Assembly (NCBI GenBank): GCA_029987115.1
Contig: DALTWK010000003.1
Span: forward strand, 39,661 to 103,660
Reading direction: 5' to 3'
From: Methanocorpusculum sp.
Lineage (GTDB): Archaea; Halobacteriota; Methanomicrobia; Methanomicrobiales; Methanocorpusculaceae
Length of the DNA: 64,000 nucleotides
Shown piece after piece: positions 21,089 to 29,622 of the stretch (positions are counted from its first letter, which is position 1; the number at the start of each line of letters is the position of its first letter). Under the pieces are notes generated by a model. It was given only the letters and a program-made list of their open reading frames with translations, did not search any database and was not told the DNA's origin. The translations under genes and the position numbers were made by a program.

Positions 21089-22033
21089 ATGACAGGAAAA
21101 ACACTCTATGTAAAGGACATATCAAATGATATATCCGTTGATTCATTGTTTATGATTCGCCGTGCAGATCTCAGAGCAAAGCGTGGTGAGCAGTACCTCC
21201 ACATGACCATTGCTGATAAAACGGGGATAATAGAAGCAAAGTTTTATGGAGAAAAGGTAACGGATGCTGCTCGTTTGGCTAAAGTTGGTTGTGTATATCG
21301 GATAATTGGTGTGGGAAAAACCAATCCGAATGGTTCCCTTATTGTATACTCAGACAATGAAAATTCACTAGGTGCTCTATTATCGGGTCCCATTTCCTTG
21401 GTGGCAGGGGATGATATTGAGTATATCTACACCCCTGCTAATCTTCAGAAAAATGCAACAGAACTTCAGAAAATAGTTGCAAGCATTCAGAATCAAAACC
21501 TCCGAATTTTTGTAACTTGCTGTCTTGACAATCGTTTTTATGAATGTCCTGCTGCCATAAGACGTCATCATGAATATACTGGTGGGCTCTGTGAACACAC
21601 CCTCGAAACAGTGCAAATAGTTCTTCATATGATGGAAATTATGCCACGTATGAAGATAAATCGCGATATTGCAATAGCTGGTGCTGTGCTCCACGATATT
21701 GGAAAAATTTTCTGTTTTGATAAGGTAAATTCAACTTATGTCCCGAATGATACCTACAACTTAGTTGAACACATTACTATGGGGATTATGCACATCGATC
21801 AATATAAGGATTTATTAACTGATTCGGAGTTGCTGCAACTCCGTCATATCATCCAGTCTCACCATGGAATATATGGCGATGTTGTCCCTCTAACGGCCGA
21901 GGCATGGCTGGTCAATGAAGCAGATGGTGCAAGTGCGCGTATGAGAAGTATATTGGATGATTTGAATGATACTCCTTCCGGACAGAAGAAGAAAGGATTA
22001 CGATCAGAGAAATTCCTCTGGAAAGCCGTTTGA
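21089..22033 (+). CDS. OB-fold plus HD-domain nuclease, YhaM/Cbf1-like 3'-5' exonuclease
   Basis: YLHMTIADKTG.IEAK (OB); PAA.RHHEYTGGLCEHT, AGAVLHDIGK, HIIQSHHG, PLTAEA..V..AD. Confidence 0.9.
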   Translation: MTGKTLYVKDISNDISVDSLFMIRRADLRAKRGEQYLHMTIADKTGIIEAKFYGEKVTDAARLAKVGCVYRIIGVGKTNPNGSLIVYSDNENSLGALLSGPISLVAGDDIEYIYTPANLQKNATELQKIVASIQNQNLRIFVTCCLDNRFYECPAAIRRHHEYTGGLCEHTLETVQIVLHMMEIMPRMKINRDIAIAGAVLHDIGKIFCFDKVNSTYVPNDTYNLVEHITMGIMHIDQYKDLLTDSELLQLRHIIQSHHGIYGDVVPLTAEAWLVNEADGASARMRSILDDLNDTPSGQKKKGLRSEKFLWKAV

Positions 22034-22106
22034 AATCATTCTCTTTTTTTAGGTGTTTTATCCGAACGATATATAATATTTCAAAGACTAAAATAAACAT
22101 AACAAT

Positions 22107-22997
22107 ATGGAACAAGCAGAGTTGATTGCCAGTTCATTAACTGACACAAAGGAATCATTATTTACGATGAACCACATAGGCCACTGGTTCAGACTGTTCT
22201 TATCAATAGCAATTCCTATAATTCTCGGGATTATTGTTGCATCTGTAATCCTCCAACTTATTGTAAAACCGATAATATCTCCATATTTAATTTGTGATTC
22301 ATATGGTTTTACAGAATCAAATCTGTCATTTATTCTACAAATTATGGCAATCGGGATTGGAACTATTTGCGTGTTTCTCTTCCCATTTTTCCAAGGATAT
22401 CTCTATAAAGTGATGCGTTTGAATTATGTTCCCGAAACTCAAAAAGTCTTATCAAATTTCTTTACAGGGTGGAAAGTAAATATTGTTCTGCTCTTCTATT
22501 TCATCCCAGTTATTATTCTCAGCATCATCTATTTCATTACTTACAATCTTGTCGCGGATCATATGGATGCTGTCTTTGGAACATTTAATTCATTATTCAA
22601 TACTGCAACTGATTTTGGGATGACCGTGATTACTGTCCTTCTACTCATCTTCCTCTCTCTCTTTGCTATGATTGGTTTGATGACCACTGCACGTACTGGT
22701 AAAATCAGAGAAGGCGCTAATCTGAAGAAAATAGTTGGTATTATTAAAAAAATCGGCTGGTATAACTACATTTTAAGCGTAGTGTTTATGGCAATTGTAT
22801 TCCTCATATTCTACGTTATTTTCCTAGGAATAAGTAGTGCAATTGGTTCTAATTTGGTGGGAACTTGTATCCTTATTGCTGTTTTCATTTTTGTGATGAT
22901 TCCAGTTGCTATGTTTCTGTGCAGATACCTATCAAAAGTATATGATACCGCATTCATCCCAGTAATCGAGGATATTGAAGACTTCGATGATTTCTGA
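22107..22997 (+). CDS. DUF4013-like membrane protein
   Basis: About 6 TM; QGYLYKV, F.TGWKVNIV, IGWYNYI, RYLSKVY patterns. Confidence 0.7.
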   Translation: MEQAELIASSLTDTKESLFTMNHIGHWFRLFLSIAIPIILGIIVASVILQLIVKPIISPYLICDSYGFTESNLSFILQIMAIGIGTICVFLFPFFQGYLYKVMRLNYVPETQKVLSNFFTGWKVNIVLLFYFIPVIILSIIYFITYNLVADHMDAVFGTFNSLFNTATDFGMTVITVLLLIFLSLFAMIGLMTTARTGKIREGANLKKIVGIIKKIGWYNYILSVVFMAIVFLIFYVIFLGISSAIGSNLVGTCILIAVFIFVMIPVAMFLCRYLSKVYDTAFIPVIEDIEDFDDF

Positions 22998-24936
22998 GGA
23001 ACAATTTCGAATACGTTCAGAGTATAGTCCGAAAGGTTCTCAACCTTCTGCAATAGAAGAACTTACTAAAGGTATTAATGAGGGGCGTCAATTCCAGACG
23101 CTCCTTGGGGTTACCGGTTCTGGAAAAACTTTCACCATTGCAAATATTATTCAAAATGTCCAGCGCCCTACCCTAGTTCTTGCTCATAACAAAACGCTTG
23201 CTGCGCAACTTTACAATGAGTTCAAAGAATTTTTCCCGGAAAATCATGTAGAATATTTCATTTCATACTATGATTACTATCAACCGGAAAGTTATATCCC
23301 AAAAAAGGATATGTATATTGAAAAGGATGCATCAATCAATCCGAAAATTGAAATGATGCGTATGGCAGCAACTGCGTCGCTCCTATCCCATCGTGATACT
23401 ATTGTAGTTGCTTCTGTATCTTGCATATACAGTATAGGAAATCCGATGAATTTCCAGAATCTTGGATTTGAAGTTCATGTTGGAGACTCAATAGGACGAC
23501 GTACGCTCATTGAAAAACTGATTTCTATCCTTTTTGAAAGAAATGATTTGGAACTGATGCCTGGACGTTTCCGTGTAAAAGGAGATACAATCGATATAAT
23601 CCCAGGGTATTTCAACGATATCATTCGCATAGAACTTTTTGGAGATGAGATTGATAGGATTTCCGAAATTGAGAAGATATCTGGAAAAGTTAAGGAGAGA
23701 CTTGACTATTTCTATATTTATCCTGCACGCCATTTTGTTTCAACAGAGGAAGAACAGCGTGATGCAATTATTTCGATTCGTCGGGAACTAGAAACAACGT
23801 TAAAGTCGGGGGATTTGGATGAGTTGTCATCCCATCGGCTTCGTCAACGTACAGAATATGATATTGAGATGATGGAGGAGACCGGTTCCTGTAAGGGTAT
23901 CGAGAATTATTCTCGGCATTTTGATAAGAGAAATAAAGGAGAGCGTCCGTTTTGTTTGCTGGATTATTTCCCGGATGATTATTTGATGGTAATTGACGAA
24001 AGTCATCAGTCTCTTCCGCAGGTTCGTGGGATGTACAATGGAGATAAGGCACGAAAGGAACCTCTTGTTGAGTATGGTTTCCGTCTTCCGTCAGCATTTG
24101 ACAACCGCCCACTCATGTTTGATGAATTTGAAAAATTCATGCATCAAGTCATTTTCGTTTCAGCAACACCCGGAGAATATGAGCTGGAACATTCGGGTCC
24201 CGCGGTAGAACAGATAATCCGTCCCACTGGACTTGTTGATCCCTTAGTAGAAGTGCGTCCAATAGCCGGTCAGACAAAAGATTTGATATCTGAAATCAGA
24301 AAGACGATTGAAAAAGGAGATCGTGCACTGGTTACAACACTGACAAAGAAACTTGCTGAAGAGTTAAGCGAATATCTTTCCGCAGAAGGTATTCGAACAC
24401 GATATCTTCATTCAGAGATAAAAACATTGGAGCGAACTGAACTTATTCGTCAGTTCCGTCTCGGAATGTTTGATGTACTTGTGGGAATAAACCTCCTCCG
24501 TGAAGGTCTTGATATACCTGAGGTTGGATTTATTGGAATTCTCGATGCAGATAAAGAAGGTTTCCTTCGCAATACTCGTAGTTTGATTCAGATTATTGGC
24601 CGTGCAGCACGCAATGCTGATTCTCATGTTGTTCTTTATGCTGATGTAATCACGGATTCAATTAAAGCGGCATTGGCGGAGACAACAAGACGGCGCGAAA
24701 TGCAGACATCTTATAATAAGGAACATAAGATTATTCCTGTTACTATTCGTAAACCGATTCCCGAGAAGGAAGTCGACATCAAAGATATCAAGCATATTCC
24801 AACTGCTGAAATACCGAATATGATAATTGAACTGGATGCCCGTATGAAAGAAGCAGCAGGGAATCTCGACTTCGAATTAGCAATTGAATTGCGTGATCGA
24901 ATGCTTGAATTAAAAAAGAAAATAGGAGAATCTTAA
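22987..24936 (+). CDS. uvrB: Excinuclease ABC subunit B
   Basis: LLGVTGSGKTFT, YYDYYQPE, IDESH, GFRLPSA.DNRPL, GINLLREGLD, C-terminal UVR motif. Confidence 0.98.
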   Translation: MISEEQFRIRSEYSPKGSQPSAIEELTKGINEGRQFQTLLGVTGSGKTFTIANIIQNVQRPTLVLAHNKTLAAQLYNEFKEFFPENHVEYFISYYDYYQPESYIPKKDMYIEKDASINPKIEMMRMAATASLLSHRDTIVVASVSCIYSIGNPMNFQNLGFEVHVGDSIGRRTLIEKLISILFERNDLELMPGRFRVKGDTIDIIPGYFNDIIRIELFGDEIDRISEIEKISGKVKERLDYFYIYPARHFVSTEEEQRDAIISIRRELETTLKSGDLDELSSHRLRQRTEYDIEMMEETGSCKGIENYSRHFDKRNKGERPFCLLDYFPDDYLMVIDESHQSLPQVRGMYNGDKARKEPLVEYGFRLPSAFDNRPLMFDEFEKFMHQVIFVSATPGEYELEHSGPAVEQIIRPTGLVDPLVEVRPIAGQTKDLISEIRKTIEKGDRALVTTLTKKLAEELSEYLSAEGIRTRYLHSEIKTLERTELIRQFRLGMFDVLVGINLLREGLDIPEVGFIGILDADKEGFLRNTRSLIQIIGRAARNADSHVVLYADVITDSIKAALAETTRRREMQTSYNKEHKIIPVTIRKPIPEKEVDIKDIKHIPTAEIPNMIIELDARMKEAAGNLDFELAIELRDRMLELKKKIGES

Positions 24937-24954
24937 GTTTCAGTATTAATCTTC

Positions 24955-25662
24955 TTATTTTTCTGTAATTTTCAATGGTTCTTTAAGTCCAAGTGATGCT
25001 ATTTCAAGAAGAGTTTCTGTGTCCATTGTTGTTTCTAGACAACCATCTGTGGTATTAATAACCCCCATTGTGGTTATAGAAATTTTTCTTCCCATTTCCA
25101 GCCCTTCTTTTACTTCAATTAAACAACCAACTCCAATCATACCTTCCGGGTTGTATTTTTTCACCATACGTTTAATGAATGTTGATCCTGGGATGATGAA
25201 TGTTGCGTATCCCGCCCCCTCTAATACGGGAACTATCTTTCCAAGTTGGCACTTCCCACATCCTAGGCATTTGATACCATCAGGCGTGAGTCGAGCTGGA
25301 CAGTTAGATGACCTAAGACAATGAGGAAGGAAGACGACGCGTTTTTCTACAGGGACTTTACTGAAGTCGCTGATGTTCATCTCATTGTCGATACGAATGA
25401 GGAAATGCATCAATTGATGTGAGTCAACACCAAGAATTTGACAGATAATTCGAATGGCCCCCTCCATTAATGTTAGGGCTGGACGGAGGATTTTCGGCAG
25501 GTACATTCGATGTTTTTTGATTGATATTACAACTAAAATGCCGACAATAATGATAAATATAAACCAGAGAATAAAGGCCAATAGAAGCAGTTCCCCTAAT
25601 AGAATGAAAATCGAGTTCCATATCGGATTCTCGAAAATTTGAAAGAGGGGTTCCACTGCCAT
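24955..25662 (-). CDS. DUF116 protein
   Basis: N-terminal TM; FLPHCLR..CPA, C..CG.C, IIPGST, GVGC..E, GC..T. Confidence 0.88.
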   Translation of the reverse strand: MAVEPLFQIFENPIWNSIFILLGELLLLAFILWFIFIIIVGILVVISIKKHRMYLPKILRPALTLMEGAIRIICQILGVDSHQLMHFLIRIDNEMNISDFSKVPVEKRVVFLPHCLRSSNCPARLTPDGIKCLGCGKCQLGKIVPVLEGAGYATFIIPGSTFIKRMVKKYNPEGMIGVGCLIEVKEGLEMGRKISITTMGVINTTDGCLETTMDTETLLEIASLGLKEPLKITEK

Positions 25663-25665
25663 TAT

Positions 25666-26712
25666 TTATAACCCCGAAAAATCATATGGAGGATAGAGGA
25701 TGCCTTTTTCAGTTATTATTGCTGTTACGAGATCTAACGGTGTTGCGTCGAATGCATAGTTGATGACAGGAACATCTTTTGGGACTGTGTTTTTGCCCCA
25801 CATTTCCGAAATCTCTTCGCGTTTCCGTTCTTCCACAATGATATCTTTGATTTCCGCGTTTTTATCGAATGTGGAAATTGGTGCTGCTACATAGAATGGA
25901 ATATTATGGTGTTTTGCACAAACTGCGTGCATATATGTGCCGATTTTATTGAATACTCCATCTTTAGTGATGCGATCTGCTCCCACAATAACCGCATCAA
26001 TTTTTCCCAGTTGCATCAAGTAGGCAGCTTCACTGTCGATGATGGTTGTTACTGGTATCTTATCCCGCGATAGTTCAAATGCAGAAAGACGCGAACCTTG
26101 AAGGAGCGGTCGTGTTTCGCACGAGTAAACCGATATATGCTTCCCCATTTTCGTTGCCGAACGAACCACTCCAAGTGCCGTTCCCCAGGATGAACAGGCT
26201 AGTGCACCTGCGTTGCAGTGTGTTAGCACCGTTCCAATCTGCGGAAGCAAGTTTGCACCATTATGTCCCAAGAGCATGCATGTTTTCGTATCTTCTTCTG
26301 CTATGGTTTTCGCGGAAAAGAGTGCCATAACTTTTGCAATCTCCGGGGGGAGATTTTCCATTGCTCTCATGACTTTGTCAATACCCCATGCAAGGTTGAC
26401 TGCAGTTGGTCGTGTTCCCTTGAGTGTATTTGCATCTCTTTCTATTGTTTCTTGGAATTTCTCATCCTCATCGCAGGAACGTGCGGAAAGTGCCATTCCA
26501 TAAGCCCCAGCAACACCCAATGCCGGAGCCCCTCTTACAACTAGACGTTTAATTGCGTCTGCAAGTTGTTCGACGGTAGTAATGTCAATAATTTTATATT
26601 CATTCGGAAGAAGGGTTTGATCAACGGTGGTGATGCAACTTTTCTCATCATCCCACCAGATTGTTTTCTCTTCTTTAATATCTGCTGTTCCACGCGTATG
26701 TCTTTGAATCAT
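25666..26712 (-). CDS. mtnA: S-methyl-5-thioribose-1-phosphate isomerase
   Basis: DQTLLP, VRGAPA, TRPTAVNL, THCNAG.LA, ETRP.LQG.RL, GADRI, NKIGTY; ATG at 26712 overlaps the hdrA stop. Confidence 0.9.
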   Translation of the reverse strand: MIQRHTRGTADIKEEKTIWWDDEKSCITTVDQTLLPNEYKIIDITTVEQLADAIKRLVVRGAPALGVAGAYGMALSARSCDEDEKFQETIERDANTLKGTRPTAVNLAWGIDKVMRAMENLPPEIAKVMALFSAKTIAEEDTKTCMLLGHNGANLLPQIGTVLTHCNAGALACSSWGTALGVVRSATKMGKHISVYSCETRPLLQGSRLSAFELSRDKIPVTTIIDSEAAYLMQLGKIDAVIVGADRITKDGVFNKIGTYMHAVCAKHHNIPFYVAAPISTFDKNAEIKDIIVEERKREEISEMWGKNTVPKDVPVINYAFDATPLDLVTAIITEKGILYPPYDFSGL

Positions 26713-27989
26713 TTCTTTACTCCTTTGATGCAATGGTATGCATTTGCTGCTGCTGCTCCTCCAGAAATTACAGAGTCAGGAATATCTTTTGGTGCAAGTG
26801 CTGTTCCCGCTACGAATATTCCATCAATTCCCGTTATCGCTGGCGAGTAACTGTCTTTCGGTTGCAGGAAATTATTCTTGTCAAGGTCAATGTTGAGAGA
26901 TTTTGCGAGTTCAACAGTGTTTGGTTCTGGTGACATTCCAACCGACAATACAACAAGATCTGCTTCTAATCTCTGGAATTCACCCGTTTCAGTGTTTTCA
27001 ACTGGAAGAATAAGTTTATCTTCTGCTTTTTCAACTTCTCCAGGGAAGGAACGGAGGAAGACAACGCCTAGCTTTTTAGCGCGTTCATAGTATTCCTCAT
27101 ATCCTTTTCCATAAGCTCTCACATCATTATAGAGAATTGATACTTCTGTTTCCGGATAATGTTCCCGAATCAACATGGCATTTTTCATTGCATACATGCA
27201 ACAAACACAGGAACAGTAGTTTCTTCCAAGTGTAAGGTCACGTGAACCGACACACTGGACAAATACGATGCTTTTCGGTATCTCTCCATTTGAGATACGT
27301 CTTAGTTCCCCTTTTGTAGGCCCACCTGCATTAATCATCCGTTCGAATTCAAGAGAGGTAATAACATCGGCGTATCTCATGTAACCAAACTGACTTTTGT
27401 TCTTCGCGTCGAATAACGTGTATCCAGTTGCAATTATGACAGCTTCTGTTTTGAGTGTTAGTGTTTTTTCTTCGTCTTCTTCATTTCTCAGGATGGCTTT
27501 TTTCCCGCATATGTCAAAGCAAAGTCCACAGTTGATGCAGTGGTCTTTATCACGGACTACCAGATTTGGAATGACCTGAGCATGGGGTTTGTATATTGCA
27601 TGACGAACACCGATTCCTGCATCAAATTTATTGTAGACTTCTACAGGACAAATATCAACACATTCTCCACATCCCGTGCAGTCGTTTTCTTTAATATATC
27701 TCGGATGTTTTTTGACAGTAATCGTGAATTCTCCTGCTTTCCCGTCGATTCTCTCCACATCTGCCATTGTAATCAGAGTAATATTTTTATTTCGTGCAAC
27801 CTCTGCCATTTTTGGCGACAAAATACACATGGAACAGTCATTTGTCGGGAATGTTTTGTCAAGCATTGCCATATGGCCACCAATGGATGGTTCCCGTTCG
27901 ATAATAGTGACATGGATGTTTTTGTTTGCCAGGTCCATTGATGCTTGAATTCCCGCAACACCCCCACCGATGACAACACAACTATTCAT
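26709..27989 (-). CDS. hdrA: Short HdrA-family flavin/Fe-S protein (heterodisulfide reductase subunit A-like)
   Basis: VIGGGVAG, LDKTFPTNDCSMCI, CTGCGECVDICP, CINCGLC, QCVGSRD, YCSCVCC, PKDIPDSV. Confidence 0.9.
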   Translation of the reverse strand: MNSCVVIGGGVAGIQASMDLANKNIHVTIIEREPSIGGHMAMLDKTFPTNDCSMCILSPKMAEVARNKNITLITMADVERIDGKAGEFTITVKKHPRYIKENDCTGCGECVDICPVEVYNKFDAGIGVRHAIYKPHAQVIPNLVVRDKDHCINCGLCFDICGKKAILRNEEDEEKTLTLKTEAVIIATGYTLFDAKNKSQFGYMRYADVITSLEFERMINAGGPTKGELRRISNGEIPKSIVFVQCVGSRDLTLGRNYCSCVCCMYAMKNAMLIREHYPETEVSILYNDVRAYGKGYEEYYERAKKLGVVFLRSFPGEVEKAEDKLILPVENTETGEFQRLEADLVVLSVGMSPEPNTVELAKSLNIDLDKNNFLQPKDSYSPAITGIDGIFVAGTALAPKDIPDSVISGGAAAANAYHCIKGVKK

Positions 27990-28476
27990 GGAGGTACCTC
28001 CTGCCTACTTTTATGTATGTCTCAGCATTTGCGATGTTCTTAGCGACTTCTTCCTCGGTCAATTCACGTTTAACGGTTCCGGGGATACCCATTACAAGTG
28101 ATTTTGGGGGTATTTCTTTTCCTTCGGTTACCACAGCTCCAGCTGCTACCAATGATCCTCTCCCTATCTTTGCACCATTTAAGATGACTGCTCCCATCCC
28201 TATTAGGCAGTCATCATCAATAGTACATCCGTGAATGGTTGCATTATGCCCGATTGATACATTTTTTCCGATGGTTACCGGTTTTCCGATGCTTTCGTGA
28301 ATAACAGCATTATCTTGGATATTGGATCCGTCTCCGATAGTAATGGAGTCCATATCGGCACGAAGAACCGCACCAAAAAGAATAGTTACCTGATTTCCTA
28401 AGCGAACATCTCCTATGAGAGTGGCATTTGGTGCGACATATGTATTTATTCCTTGAGATTTTGCGCCGAAATCCAT
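27982..28476 (-). CDS. Gamma-carbonic anhydrase / PaaY-like hexapeptide-repeat protein
   Basis: AVLRAD, NIQDNAVIH, IGHNATIHG, IGMGAVIL. Confidence 0.92.
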   Translation of the reverse strand: MDFGAKSQGINTYVAPNATLIGDVRLGNQVTILFGAVLRADMDSITIGDGSNIQDNAVIHESIGKPVTIGKNVSIGHNATIHGCTIDDDCLIGMGAVILNGAKIGRGSLVAAGAVVTEGKEIPPKSLVMGIPGTVKRELTEEEVAKNIANAETYIKVGRRYLHE

Positions 28477-28568
28477 AATATATTATTATTGGAATTCATT
28501 CACTAATGAGTGTTGCGGACTGCACTATCATTCCAATATCCTGCATCACTCCAAAAAAGAATGTGGTA

Positions 28569-29258
28569 TTATTTTTTAGACCCGGGTGCCGCGGTTACTT
28601 TTTTGATGTTTTCTGCAATATCCTCAATTATTTCTGCTGGGAATCCTGCAACCATCTCATCATTTCCTATTCCAGAGAATTTTCTAGAGCCATCACAGCC
28701 AAGAGAGAAGTTCGGTTTTCCATTTAAGAGGACGTAAGCAGTTGCATCCGAACACATAGATTGAATTCCAGAGAATTCTGGATAAATCCTTCCTCCAAGG
28801 TTGTAAAGAGAACTCTGAGCAAGTTTTAAGATTGCTAATGGTTGGGCAAAGATGATAACTACATCCGGTTCAAATGTTGCTTTTTCGAGCGGGGCGTAGA
28901 TAGTTGCATAGTTTTCCTTTGGTAGGTTCGGAACACTTTCCATGGTACGTCTGGATGCGTTTAATGTGGAGTATTTTCCAAGTTTAAAGTAGTGTTGTCC
29001 GGTTTTGAGAGCTTCTCCTTTCTCACGAAGCCCAAGAGCCCATGCACCACCACCACATTGATGCTTTGCGTCCGACGCAAAGAATACATTTCCTTCTCTT
29101 GCGAGTGAAATCATTCTGCAGTGGCGAGTTGTCTCTTCAATTTCTGGAATACCTTCGGGAATTTCCTCTATTGATTTTACGATTTTAAGTGCAACAGGAG
29201 ACCCAACCAAGTGAAGTGCCTCTTTCAAATCTTCTGATACGTGCGCATAATTTGTCAT
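28569..29258 (-). CDS. DUF169 protein
   Basis: SPVALK, RHC, CGGG..ALG, YAPLE....PDVV, QS.CSD, GCDGSR. Confidence 0.88.
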   Translation of the reverse strand: MTNYAHVSEDLKEALHLVGSPVALKIVKSIEEIPEGIPEIEETTRHCRMISLAREGNVFFASDAKHQCGGGAWALGLREKGEALKTGQHYFKLGKYSTLNASRRTMESVPNLPKENYATIYAPLEKATFEPDVVIIFAQPLAILKLAQSSLYNLGGRIYPEFSGIQSMCSDATAYVLLNGKPNFSLGCDGSRKFSGIGNDEMVAGFPAEIIEDIAENIKKVTAAPGSKK

Positions 29259-29398
29259 ATGTTTACAATAAGGCTCAAGGCATATTATGCTTTTCTCTTA
29301 TTAACAAATATTCCAGTAGAAAAATCTTGAAAAACTAGTGAATAAAATGCGGATTGTCATTCATTAGAAAAACATGTGCTTATTTTCTTTCACGAATC

Positions 29399-29421
29399 AA
29401 AAAAGTCCGGGGGTTTCCCGG
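29399..29421 (-). terminator. Hairpin plus U-tract terminator downstream of the small ORF
   Basis: CCGGG/CCCGG inverted repeat (29407-29421) followed by T6 on the minus strand. Confidence 0.6.
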
Positions 29422-29456
29422 GCTGATTTGATATTTGATTATTTGTTTTGAAAAAG

Positions 29457-29549
29457 TCAGTTCTTCTTCTTTGATGCAGAATCAGACTGGGTTGCTGCGG
29501 CTTTTGCAGCTGCCTTTGCCTGCTTTGCCTCTTTTTTGTGGCAAGTCAT
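29457..29549 (-). CDS. 30-aa Lys/Ala-rich small protein (not in ORF track)
   Basis: MTCHKKEAKQAKAAAKAAATQSDSASKKKN*; SD GAGGTGA 8 nt upstream; terminator downstream. Confidence 0.7.
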   Translation of the reverse strand: MTCHKKEAKQAKAAAKAAATQSDSASKKKN

Positions 29550-29622
29550 GAACAAAATCACCTCGAAACAATCAATTGGTCATCGCTCGTTTATCGCGGG
29601 TGTGGCTTAATTTAGATTGTTT

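Noticed and set aside
17964..22033. Complete BREX system
   Set aside because: No pglZ, pglX, brxC/pglY or brxHI in the window; only a BrxD-like ATPase
26709..27989. Selenocysteine or pyrrolysine recoding in hdrA or other genes
   Set aside because: No in-frame TGA/TAG interrupting a recognisable domain; the hdrA TGA overlaps the mtnA start, consistent with a true stop
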